A stretch of 64,000 bases of DNA from Bacteroidota bacterium (GTDB lineage Bacteria; Bacteroidota; Bacteroidia; Bacteroidales; VadinHA17), in assembly GCA_037127735.1 (NCBI GenBank), contig JBAXXU010000007.1:1023-65022 (forward strand), read 5' to 3'. A program made the translations under genes and the position numbers. The notes beneath the pieces are model-generated. The model was not told where the DNA came from and ran no database searches. It saw nothing but the letters and a program-made list of their open reading frames with translations. This document shows, piece after piece, positions 49,043 through 57,863 of this stretch. Position 1 is the stretch's first letter, and each line of letters starts with the position of its first letter.

Positions 49043-50764
49043 ATGGTTTTTACAATACAGGTAAATAATAAGAAGATCAAAGCTGAAAAGGGCGAAACAA
49101 TCCTTTCGGCCCTTAACCGTAACGGGATTATTATTCCTACCCTCTGCAGGATGAAAGAGTTTACTCCCACCGGCGCCTGCAGGATGTGTGTTGTTGAAGT
49201 GGAAGGCCGCGACCGTCTGGTTACAGCCTGCTCGCAGCCTGTTGAAGAATGGATGAAAATAAAAACCCATTCCCCGAGAGTTATAATGGCAAGAAAAACA
49301 ATCGTGGAACTGCTTCTTTCAAACCATCCCGATGATTGTCTTTATTGCGACCGGAACCTCAACTGTGAACTGCAGCGCCTTTCGGAAGAACTTAATATAA
49401 GAGAACGCCGTATACGCGGGAAAAAAATAAAACCGCGCCTCGACCAGTCGAGCCCTGCAATTGTAAGGGAACTCTCGAAATGCATCCTTTGCGGACGATG
49501 TGTAAGAGTCTGCGAAGAGGTAATAACAGCAACCTCACTCGATTTTATTAATAAAGGAAGAGAGACTCACGTCGGGGCAGCTATGGACAGGGATTTCAAC
49601 TTCTCGAGCTGTGTACATTGCGGCCAGTGCGTACTGGTATGTCCAACAGGAGCCCTTCACGAAAAACATAATATAACTGAAGTCCAGGATTACCTCAATA
49701 AACCGGATATTGTAAAAATAATTCAGTACTCTCCACTGGTAACTGTCGGGATAGCTGAAGAACTGGGCATGAGGTATAACAGGGAAGTTGATAAGGTACT
49801 AAATGCCGTTCTTCGTAAAATTGGATTTGATAAGGTGTTTACAACAGGTACGGGAACTGATGTTTGTATATCTGAGATCACCGGTCAGCTATCTGTAAAA
49901 ATTGAAAGTAAAAACGATACTCCATTATATATTTCTGCTTGCCCGGCATGGGTTAAATACGCCGAACAGTTCATGCCTTCGGTTATTCCCCGGCTGTCAA
50001 CCGTTAAATCGCCTCAACAGATTACAGGCGTATTGATTAAAACACTCGTTGCCGGCCAGCTGCGCGTAAAACCGGAAGAGATTTTTTCAGTTTCTGTAAC
50101 TCCCTGTATAGCAATGAAATTTGAAGCCCGCCGCGATGGAATGATGCGGAAGGGGATCAGCGATGTTGATTCTGTTCTGACTGTCAGGGAACTGGCACGG
50201 CTCATAAGGTTATATGGCATTGATGTTACAAATATTGACCATGAGCCGGCCGATGAACCTTTAACAGGGAGAAGCTCCGTTGCAGTACTTGCTGAAGTAT
50301 CTGGGGGATTGGCTGAAGGGGTGATACGATCGTTCCATTTTCAAAAACTTAAGAAAGAGGCTGAAAAACAGCTTTTTAAAAAATTGCGTTCAGGAGGATC
50401 TTTCAGGGAAGCGTCATTTCAGATAGACGAAATTGAGGTAAATGTTGCAGTTGTGGATGGCCTTACCGGTCTCGAAAAGTTGAGAACATCAATTGCCGCC
50501 GGCAAGAAATTTGACCTTATTGAGGTGATGGCTTGCCCGGGGGGGTGTGTGCATGGAGCCGGACTCTCTTTCAGCGCTTCAAAGGATGAGATAAAAAGCA
50601 GATCGAAACTTATATATCATGCCGATGAAACTGAAGCAATAAATCTGCCCTGCAAATCACCTGCCCTGATTAATCTCAATGAAAAATTATTAAAGGAGAA
50701 TAGTGATATTGCAGATAAGAAGATATTCTATACTCATTTTGAAAAGAGAAATGTATTGTTGTGA
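49043..50764 (+). CDS. hydA: [FeFe]-hydrogenase large subunit, M3 architecture, non-canonical H-cluster motifs
   Basis: 2Fe-2S (CRMKEF..GACRMC), HPDDCLYCDRNLNC and two ferredoxin motifs. H-domain motifs are YISACPAW, VTPCIAMKFE and EVMACPGGCVHGAG. Confidence 0.85.
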   Translation: MVFTIQVNNKKIKAEKGETILSALNRNGIIIPTLCRMKEFTPTGACRMCVVEVEGRDRLVTACSQPVEEWMKIKTHSPRVIMARKTIVELLLSNHPDDCLYCDRNLNCELQRLSEELNIRERRIRGKKIKPRLDQSSPAIVRELSKCILCGRCVRVCEEVITATSLDFINKGRETHVGAAMDRDFNFSSCVHCGQCVLVCPTGALHEKHNITEVQDYLNKPDIVKIIQYSPLVTVGIAEELGMRYNREVDKVLNAVLRKIGFDKVFTTGTGTDVCISEITGQLSVKIESKNDTPLYISACPAWVKYAEQFMPSVIPRLSTVKSPQQITGVLIKTLVAGQLRVKPEEIFSVSVTPCIAMKFEARRDGMMRKGISDVDSVLTVRELARLIRLYGIDVTNIDHEPADEPLTGRSSVAVLAEVSGGLAEGVIRSFHFQKLKKEAEKQLFKKLRSGGSFREASFQIDEIEVNVAVVDGLTGLEKLRTSIAAGKKFDLIEVMACPGGCVHGAGLSFSASKDEIKSRSKLIYHADETEAINLPCKSPALINLNEKLLKENSDIADKKIFYTHFEKRNVLL

Positions 50765-50825
50765 TCGAAAATCAGGGGTAAGAGTTGCTGAAAATGTTTT
50801 GCAAATTTGTAAAAACTGATTTAAT

Positions 50826-52787
50826 ATGTTGGTTTACACAATAAAAGAACTTTGCCGCACATGCTACACCTGCGTCAGGGAATGTCCTGCCAAAGCAATC
50901 CGTATTGTTGGTGGTCAGGCTGAGGTGATTGATGAAAGGTGCATTGCCTGCGGTAACTGTACAAAAGTATGCAGCCAGGGCGCCAAGGTCTTTCTGAACA
51001 CAACCGACAGGGTGGCGAAACTTCTCGAAAACGATTCGAAAGTTGCTGCTATTATTGCTCCGAGCTTTCCGGCAGAATTCTCTGATATACCCGATCACCA
51101 CGTTCTTACCGGAATGATAAAGTCACTTGGATTTGAATATGTTGCAGAGGTTGCTTTTGGCGCTGACCTTGTTGCTGACAAATATAAAAAACTTGTTTCG
51201 GAAGATAAAGATTTTTATATCTCATCTGATTGTCCTTCAATAGTTAATTACATAAAATTCTTTCACCCGGCTCTTGTCGCAAATCTGGCTCCCATAGTTT
51301 CTCCCATGGTGGCAATGAGCAGGGTTATTCGTGAAAAATACGGCAAGGATACAAGTATTGTTTTCATAGGCCCGTGTGTCGCGAAGAAAGCTGAAAGCGC
51401 TGAAATAGACGAGGCAATAACATTCACGGAATTGAGGGATATGTTTGCTGAAAGAGGTATCGCCCCGGAGAACAGTATACCGGTTGATTTTGACCAGCCT
51501 GTTGGCGGAAGAGGCGCCATATTCCCTGTTGCACGCGGATTGCTTCAGACCGCTAAAATCAGCGATAACGCTATTACCGGAAATATAATCGCGGCTGAAG
51601 GCAGGATTGATTTTCAGGGAGCACTGAAGGAATTTGAAGCAGGACTGATAAAAAACCAGCACATGGAACTGCTATGTTGCGAAGGCTGCATCATGGGGCC
51701 GGGATTATCGAAAAGCGGGAAGCAGTATAACAGACGCTCGCTCGTAAGCTCTTATGCCAACAGTAAGATGCAGAATATCGATTCTGACAGCTGGCAAAGA
51801 TCATTCGATGAATATGCTGAACTCGACTTATCGTTTCGTCATAAACCTGAAGATCACAGGATTGAATTGCTCGACGAAAATGATGTATCTGATGAACTGA
51901 GTAAGATGGGCAAGAAGACGAAGAAGGACCAGCTCGACTGTGGCGCCTGCGGTTACGAAAGTTGCGTGGAGCATGCAATAGCAATAAAGAAGGGCCTTGC
52001 CGAAGTGGAGATGTGTCTGCCATATACTATTGAAAAACTGCATAAATCAGTAAATGATCTTGCATTGTCAAACGAGAAACTATCCTCGATGAAGCAGGCT
52101 CTCAAACAATCGGAAAAGCTTGCTCACATGGGCCAGCTTTCAGCCGGTATTGCCCATGAATTGAATAATCCCCTTGGAGTTGTAATAATGTACAGCAACA
52201 TTCTTCTGGAAGAATCATCCGAGGGCGATCCTGTCAGGGAAGATCTTAAACTTATAGTCGAACAGGCAGGCAGATGCAAGAAAATTGTTGCCGGCTTGCT
52301 CAATTTTGCAAGGAAAAACCAGGTTAACCATCAACCGGTAAGTATAAAGGAACTTGTTAATCATAGTCTTGAAAGTCTTATAATTCCTGAAGAGATAAAA
52401 ATCAGTATATCTGATCTGACAACCAATCCGGAGGCAATGCTAGATGCGGAACAGATGATGCAGGTTCTTACCAACCTCGTGAAGAACGCTATTGACGCTA
52501 TGCCGGATGGGGGAGCCATAGATATTAAGCTTGAAGATACTCTCGGTGATGTTATTATTACGATAAGTGACACAGGGACAGGTATTAAGGAAGAAGACAG
52601 GGCTAAGATTTTCGAACCATTCTTTACCACTAAAAGCATTGGAAAAGGAACCGGACTGGGGCTCGCTACCGCGTATGGCGTAGTTAAAATGCATAAGGGA
52701 CAGATTATTGCTGAGTCAAACAACGATTTGGCCAAAGGGCCGACAGGGACAAGTTTTAAGATTATGTTACCAAGAAGAAAGGAATAG
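50826..52787 (+). CDS. hydS: sensory-type [FeFe]-hydrogenase domain fused directly to a histidine kinase
   Basis: CRTCYTCVRECP and CIACGNCTKVC. H-cluster motifs SSDCPS, GPCVAKKAE and LLCCEGCIMGPG. CGACGYESC...EMC. Then H-box AHELNNPL, N-box NLVKNAIDA, DTGTGI and GTGLGL. Confidence 0.8.
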   Translation: MLVYTIKELCRTCYTCVRECPAKAIRIVGGQAEVIDERCIACGNCTKVCSQGAKVFLNTTDRVAKLLENDSKVAAIIAPSFPAEFSDIPDHHVLTGMIKSLGFEYVAEVAFGADLVADKYKKLVSEDKDFYISSDCPSIVNYIKFFHPALVANLAPIVSPMVAMSRVIREKYGKDTSIVFIGPCVAKKAESAEIDEAITFTELRDMFAERGIAPENSIPVDFDQPVGGRGAIFPVARGLLQTAKISDNAITGNIIAAEGRIDFQGALKEFEAGLIKNQHMELLCCEGCIMGPGLSKSGKQYNRRSLVSSYANSKMQNIDSDSWQRSFDEYAELDLSFRHKPEDHRIELLDENDVSDELSKMGKKTKKDQLDCGACGYESCVEHAIAIKKGLAEVEMCLPYTIEKLHKSVNDLALSNEKLSSMKQALKQSEKLAHMGQLSAGIAHELNNPLGVVIMYSNILLEESSEGDPVREDLKLIVEQAGRCKKIVAGLLNFARKNQVNHQPVSIKELVNHSLESLIIPEEIKISISDLTTNPEAMLDAEQMMQVLTNLVKNAIDAMPDGGAIDIKLEDTLGDVIITISDTGTGIKEEDRAKIFEPFFTTKSIGKGTGLGLATAYGVVKMHKGQIIAESNNDLAKGPTGTSFKIMLPRRKE

Positions 52788-52826
52788 AGTGGGAGAAGGG
52801 GAGAGAGAGGGAATGGGAGAGTTGAA

Positions 52827-52868
52827 GACAAAAGATAAAAGTAAAAAGACAAAAGTAAGCAGTGAGCA
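52827..52868 (+). repeat. heptanucleotide tract downstream of the hydS-kinase gene
   Basis: GACAAAA GATAAAA GTAAAAA GACAAAA GTAAGCA GTGAGCA in one register, preceded by a purine-rich GGGAGA-type stretch. Confidence 0.75.
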
Positions 52869-52950
52869 TAACCCAGCACCAATGTTAATAAATTAACACC
52901 AGATAATATATATCATATTTACTGTTTGATTTAACTTCTTTTATTTATAA

Positions 52951-53058
52951 ACTTTGTGAGCCTTTGTGTAACCCTTTGTGTAACCCTTTGTGCGACTTAG
53001 TGTTTAATATTTTTTTACCACGAAGGTACACAAAGTACATCACAAAGTAACACAAAGA
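52951..53058. repeat. CTTTGTG direct repeats mirrored by CACAAAG repeats (long imperfect palindrome)
   Basis: CTTTGTG at 52952, 52962, 52974 and 52986. CACAAAG at 53029, 53041 and 53051. AT/T-rich centre. Confidence 0.7.
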
Positions 53059-53124
53059 AAAAGAGCGCTTTAAGTATATTTGTGAATAATTCAGGTTAAA
53101 GAAATTTTAGAAATTTGTGGAAAG

Positions 53125-53520
53125 ATGAAGAAAAGTGATATTACCATACTTGTTGCTGATGATGATCCGGATTATCTTTTTCAGACAGTATTTAATCTCG
53201 GGAAGGCAGGTTACAAGACTGTGGCAGTAGAGAGCCAGGCAGAGGCAGAATCGGTAATTGCCCGTTTCAAACCTCACCTCGCAATATTCGACCTGATGAT
53301 GGAGAGCGACGACAGTGGATTTATATTATGTTACAAGATGAAAAGAAAATATCCTGATGTACCTGTAATTCTGGCAACTGCAGTATCGCACGAAACAGGA
53401 TTGTCTTTTAGTATTGATTCAGAACAGGAAAAGTCGTGGATCAGAGCCGACAGATATCTTGAAAAAGGTATCAGGCCCGAGCAGCTTGACCAGGAGGTTA
53501 TGAAACTGTTAAAACTTTAA
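53125..53520 (+). CDS. stand-alone response-regulator receiver domain
   Basis: ILVADDDPD ... AIFDLMM ... 131 aa, no output domain. Confidence 0.85.
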   Translation: MKKSDITILVADDDPDYLFQTVFNLGKAGYKTVAVESQAEAESVIARFKPHLAIFDLMMESDDSGFILCYKMKRKYPDVPVILATAVSHETGLSFSIDSEQEKSWIRADRYLEKGIRPEQLDQEVMKLLKL

Positions 53521-53521
53521 A

Positions 53522-54658
53522 ATGGCTGTTTTAAAAGTACTTGTTATTGATGATGAACCAGGGATACGTTCAGGTGTTTCACGGATACTGAATAACTTTC
53601 ATGTAACATATCCTTTTATGGATGAGGATTATACATTTGAAGTTACTGAAGCCGGAACAGGCGAAGACGGTATCGCGATCATTGAAAGCAGTATGCCGGA
53701 TATCCTTTTACTCGATAATAAGCTACCCGGAATACAGGGAGTTGATGTTCTGGAATATATCAGGAAGAGAAATTATGATATTGTTGTCGCGATGATCACA
53801 TCTTATGCCTCACTCGACGTGGCAATAAGGGCCACCCGCGATGGAGCCATCGATTTTATCCCGAAACCATTTACCCCCCAGGAACTTAAATCGAGCATTG
53901 AAAATATCACTAAACAGCAGTATCTTAAAAGGATAACTCATAAAATGAAGCAGGAGGGAAAGAAGATACGGTACCAGTTTCTTTCTGTCCTTTCACATGA
54001 ATTGAAAGCTCCGCTGAATGTACTGGAAGGGTATCTCAGGATGATGCAGGAAAAACAGGCGGGAGACAGGATTGAGGATTATACAACACCAATAGAAAGA
54101 TCGCTTCAACGCATACAAGGTATGAGGAGCCTTATTATGGATCTTCTTGATTTTACAAAAATACGGCTAGAAAGAAAAGAGGAAAAGATACAGGAGGTCA
54201 ACCTTGCAGAAGTAGCCTCCGAGGCAATAGTTACAGTCCAGCCCTATGCTATCCAAATGGATGTCAGTATAAACCTGGATGTTAGATCCGATGCAATTAT
54301 AATGGCTGATCCTGATGATATGGAAATCGTTTTTAATAATCTCATCTCGAATGCAGTCAAATATAATAAAATAGGGGGGAAAGCAGAAATTACTATCAAT
54401 AGTTCCGATAGCGAAGCAATTCTTATCTTTTCCGATACAGGGATAGGCATAACAAAAAATGACACGGAAAATTTGTTTGCCGAGTTTGTAAGGATAAAGA
54501 ACGAAAAAACAAGAAATATATCAGGAAGCGGACTTGGCCTGTCAATTGTTAAGAAAGTTGTTGAACTTTACCATGGAACTATAAATGTTGATAGCACACC
54601 CGATGTAGGAACAGTATTTACAATCAGATTACCAAAAAAAGCAATAACCACCCCCTGA
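53522..54658 (+). CDS. hybrid receiver-histidine kinase
   Basis: VLVIDDEPG...LLLDNKLPG receiver. H-box LSHELKAPL. NLISNAVKY, DTGIGI and GSGLGLSI. Confidence 0.85.
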   Translation: MAVLKVLVIDDEPGIRSGVSRILNNFHVTYPFMDEDYTFEVTEAGTGEDGIAIIESSMPDILLLDNKLPGIQGVDVLEYIRKRNYDIVVAMITSYASLDVAIRATRDGAIDFIPKPFTPQELKSSIENITKQQYLKRITHKMKQEGKKIRYQFLSVLSHELKAPLNVLEGYLRMMQEKQAGDRIEDYTTPIERSLQRIQGMRSLIMDLLDFTKIRLERKEEKIQEVNLAEVASEAIVTVQPYAIQMDVSINLDVRSDAIIMADPDDMEIVFNNLISNAVKYNKIGGKAEITINSSDSEAILIFSDTGIGITKNDTENLFAEFVRIKNEKTRNISGSGLGLSIVKKVVELYHGTINVDSTPDVGTVFTIRLPKKAITTP

Positions 54659-54664
54659 AAAATC

Positions 54665-55291
54665 ATGACTAAATTACCCGGAAAAACTGTAGAAAGGCTA
54701 AGCGAGTACAGAAGGACGCTTCTCGAATGTCTTAACGAAAAAAGAAACTTCATATTTTCTCACGATCTGGCTGCCCGTCTTCATATTACAGCAGTGCAGG
54801 TCAGACGCGACCTCATGCTGATCGGCTATTCCAGCGTTCTCAGAAAGGGATACGATGTGAGGGAGCTGATTGATATTATCGGGAAGATCATTGATTCTGA
54901 AGAGAGCATGAATGTTGCCATAATCGGGATTGGAAACCTGGGAAGAGCCCTGGCAGGATATTTCAAAGGGAAACGGTCAAAACTTAACCTTGTGGCATCA
55001 TTTGATAATGATCCGCAGAAAGTCAATAAGGTTATTTCGGGGGTGAAATGTTATCCTTACATTGATATCGAAAGGATGATCAAAGAGCTTGATATCCGGA
55101 TAGCGATACTTACTGTTTCACCGGATTTCGCGAGGGAGATTGCTGAGGAGACTGTCCGCTTCGGGATAAAGGGTATTCTCAATTTTACGACTATCCCTTT
55201 AAACGTCCCTTCAGGTGTCTATCTCGAAGAATATGATATGATCACCTCTATTGAAAAAGTTGCATATTTTGTTAAAGAGAATAAAATTTAG
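54665..55291 (+). CDS. rex: redox-sensing transcriptional repressor Rex
   Basis: TVERLSEYRRTL...VQVRRDLMLIGY winged-helix part, then GIGNLGRALAGY Rossmann part. Confidence 0.85.
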   Translation: MTKLPGKTVERLSEYRRTLLECLNEKRNFIFSHDLAARLHITAVQVRRDLMLIGYSSVLRKGYDVRELIDIIGKIIDSEESMNVAIIGIGNLGRALAGYFKGKRSKLNLVASFDNDPQKVNKVISGVKCYPYIDIERMIKELDIRIAILTVSPDFAREIAEETVRFGIKGILNFTTIPLNVPSGVYLEEYDMITSIEKVAYFVKENKI

Positions 55292-55306
55292 CGTCCTTGT
55301 TGCAAC

Positions 55307-56227
55307 ATGAAGATATTCAGAAGCTTTGAAGATGCAAAGGGTATAAGAAATCCTGTCGTGACAACCGGATCGTTCGATGGGGTTCATATCGGGCATAAAA
55401 CCATACTTAACCGTCTTAAGATGCTTGCAGAAAAGTGCGACGGTGAATCGGTTCTCATCACCTTCGATCCGCATCCCCGGAAAGTACTTTACCCTGAAAC
55501 AGCCGGAAAAGATCTGAAACTGATTAATTCACAGGAAGAAAAACTGGAACTCCTCGAAAAGGCCGGCCTTAATAACCTTATCATCATAGAATTCACGAGT
55601 GAGTTCTCAAAAGTGACAAGCGAACAGTTTGTCAGAGACTTTCTTCATGGAATGTTGCATGCAAAAGTTGTTGTTGTTGGGTTTAACCATCATTTCGGAT
55701 TCAATAAAGAAGGCGATTATAAACAACTCTGGAAGTGGCAGGGAATATATGATTTTGAAGCCGAAGAGATACCGGAACAAGAGGTTCAGCACGAAACAGT
55801 AAGTTCGACAAAAATACGCCAGGCAATAAGCGAGGGTTATATTCAACGTGCAAATGCCTACCTCGATCATTATTATATTGTTATGGGAAAGCCTGAAAAA
55901 TATTCCTCCGATGAGGCAGTTGGCCTGCCCACAATGTTAAAAATTCCTTTGACAGAAGAGTGTAAGCTTCTTCCTTCACAGGGGATTTATGCAGTCTCTG
56001 TTGAAAGCGGACTTCTTTATTCAAAAGGAATGGCAATAATTCACAATAAACCCGAAGATAAACCTGAAGTTCTTTTAAATATTTTTGACAACCTGAACAT
56101 TCCTGCCGACCAGAATATTACCCTTTTTTTTCATAAGAAAATACATGGCGCTGTTAATCTGTCAGATAGTAAATACGCGGGTAAAATTAACTATGCAAAA
56201 GAGGAGATAACAGAACTTATTTACTGA
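55307..56227 (+). CDS. ribF: bifunctional riboflavin kinase / FAD synthetase
   Basis: TGSFDGVHIGH. C-terminal kinase part has VSSTKIR. Confidence 0.85.
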   Translation: MKIFRSFEDAKGIRNPVVTTGSFDGVHIGHKTILNRLKMLAEKCDGESVLITFDPHPRKVLYPETAGKDLKLINSQEEKLELLEKAGLNNLIIIEFTSEFSKVTSEQFVRDFLHGMLHAKVVVVGFNHHFGFNKEGDYKQLWKWQGIYDFEAEEIPEQEVQHETVSSTKIRQAISEGYIQRANAYLDHYYIVMGKPEKYSSDEAVGLPTMLKIPLTEECKLLPSQGIYAVSVESGLLYSKGMAIIHNKPEDKPEVLLNIFDNLNIPADQNITLFFHKKIHGAVNLSDSKYAGKINYAKEEITELIY

Positions 56228-56302
56228 CAAGAAGCAAATATGAAGAAGGGGGAATAGGGAGAAATGGAGCAACTTTTTTAAACTAATTTAATTTTATAAT
56301 TC

Positions 56303-57727
56303 ATGAGGTTTACTCCTGAAAAACTGACCATCCCCGATCAACGGATGAAGCCATTCATTGATCCTGAAGAGATTTGGGGACTTATCAACAATACAAAGCC
56401 CGACAAACAGAGGGTGAGGGATGTCATTGCAAAATCGCTCGATAAACAAAGGCTCACGATGGAGGAGACTGCAGTTCTCGTGAATGTTGTCGGTACCGAC
56501 CTGGCTGATGAGATCAAACAGGGGGCCCGCGAACTGAAACAGAGAGTTTATGGTAACCGGATAGTGCTTTTTGCCCCGCTCTATGTAGGAAACAGGTGTA
56601 TAAATAACTGCAAATATTGCGGTTTCAGGACTTCAAATGCCGATGCTGTAAGGAAAACATTGAGCGACAATGAGATCATAAGCGAGGTGGAGGCACTGGA
56701 GGATAACGGACAAAAAAGGCTGATCCTTGTATATGGCGAACACCCCGATTACTCACCTGAATATATAGCCCATACAGTTAAGTTGGTGTATGGCGTCAAA
56801 AAGGGCCATGGCGAAATCAGAAGAGTAAATATCAATGCCGCACCACTCGACATTGAAGGTTTCAGAATTGTTGGCGAGTCAGGGATTGGCACCTACCAGG
56901 TCTTTCAGGAAACATACCACCCGGAGGCATATAAATGGTACCACCTGGGTGGGAAAAAGAAAGACTTTGAATGGCGACTGACATCGCTCGACAGAGCACA
57001 GGAAGCCGGAATTGATGATGTCGGAATCGGAGCCCTGTTCGGACTGTACGACTGGAGGTTTGAGGTACTGGGACTTGTTCGTCATACAAATCATCTTGAA
57101 GCATGTTATAATGTAGGCCCACATACTATATCTTTTCCGAGGATAAAAGATGCTGTAAGTCTGAACCTCGATAAGAAATTCGAGACAAGCGATGATGATT
57201 TTAAAAAACTTGTTGCTATCCTTCGTCTTGCTGTTCCATACACCGGATTGATCCTCACTGCACGTGAGACTCCCGATGTACGCCGGGAAGTATTGCAATT
57301 TGGTGTATCACAGATAGATGGTGGAACAAAACTTGAGCTTGGTTCTTATTCAGATTCAAAAAATGAAGAACAGAACCTTAACCGCGAGCAGTTTAAAATT
57401 AGCGATCCCCGTTCGCTGGCTGAAGTAATTGATGAGCTGCTCACGGACAATTATTTGCCATCATTTTGCACATCTTGCTACAGGATGGGACGCACCGGCG
57501 AACACTTCATGGAATTTTCAGTACCGGGTTTCATTAAAAGATTCTGCACACCCAATGCAATACTTACCCTTGCAGAATATATCTGCGACTATGGCCAGGG
57601 AGAGACTGTTAATAAGGGCTGGAAGGTAATTGTGAAGAACCTGGAAAAGCTCGAATCTGAAGTTGCCGTAAGTACCAGGGAAAAGATAGAAAGGATTAAG
57701 GCGGGGGAGAGAGACCTTTATTTTTGA
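56303..57727 (+). CDS. hydG: [FeFe]-hydrogenase H-cluster radical-SAM maturase HydG
   Basis: CINNCKYCGF (Cx3Cx2C) and the C-terminal auxiliary-cluster motif CTSCYRMGRTGEHFMEF...FCTPNA. Confidence 0.9.
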   Translation: MRFTPEKLTIPDQRMKPFIDPEEIWGLINNTKPDKQRVRDVIAKSLDKQRLTMEETAVLVNVVGTDLADEIKQGARELKQRVYGNRIVLFAPLYVGNRCINNCKYCGFRTSNADAVRKTLSDNEIISEVEALEDNGQKRLILVYGEHPDYSPEYIAHTVKLVYGVKKGHGEIRRVNINAAPLDIEGFRIVGESGIGTYQVFQETYHPEAYKWYHLGGKKKDFEWRLTSLDRAQEAGIDDVGIGALFGLYDWRFEVLGLVRHTNHLEACYNVGPHTISFPRIKDAVSLNLDKKFETSDDDFKKLVAILRLAVPYTGLILTARETPDVRREVLQFGVSQIDGGTKLELGSYSDSKNEEQNLNREQFKISDPRSLAEVIDELLTDNYLPSFCTSCYRMGRTGEHFMEFSVPGFIKRFCTPNAILTLAEYICDYGQGETVNKGWKVIVKNLEKLESEVAVSTREKIERIKAGERDLYF

Positions 57728-57825
57728 GGCGACAGGCGTAAGGCGTCAGGCGACAGTTTCAAATCCGAAATCCGAAATCCGAAATCCCCAGCCTGTAGCC
57801 CGTAGCCAGAGGCCTGTAGCCTTAT
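57728..57825 (+). repeat. 14-unit phase-locked heptanucleotide tract directly after the hydG stop
   Basis: GGCGACA GGCGTAA GGCGTCA GGCGACA GTTTCAA ATCCGAA x3 ATCCCCA GCCTGTA GCCCGTA GCCAGAG GCCTGTA, all in one 7-nt register. Confidence 0.9.
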
Positions 57826-57863
57826 TTTATGTTATAAAACAAATTATTCAATCTATAAGCATC

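Noticed and set aside
50765-50825. Near-palindrome TTTTGCAAATTTGTAAAA upstream of hydS-kinase as an operator
   Set aside because: It has two symmetric mismatches, it is AT-rich, and it overlaps a plausible xAAATTTG -7 box. It cannot be distinguished from promoter sequence by eye.
52361-52882. 173-aa minus-strand ORF at the end of the hydS-kinase gene
   Set aside because: It is antisense to the HATPase domain (clear N, G1 and G2 boxes on the plus strand). Its tail is translated from the purine-rich repeat.
53071-53090. Rex half-site TTGTGAA upstream of the receiver gene
   Set aside because: Only the left half matches. The right half (TCAGGTT with a 4-nt spacer) does not fit TTCACAA. The TTTG belongs to a TATATTTG -7 promoter box.
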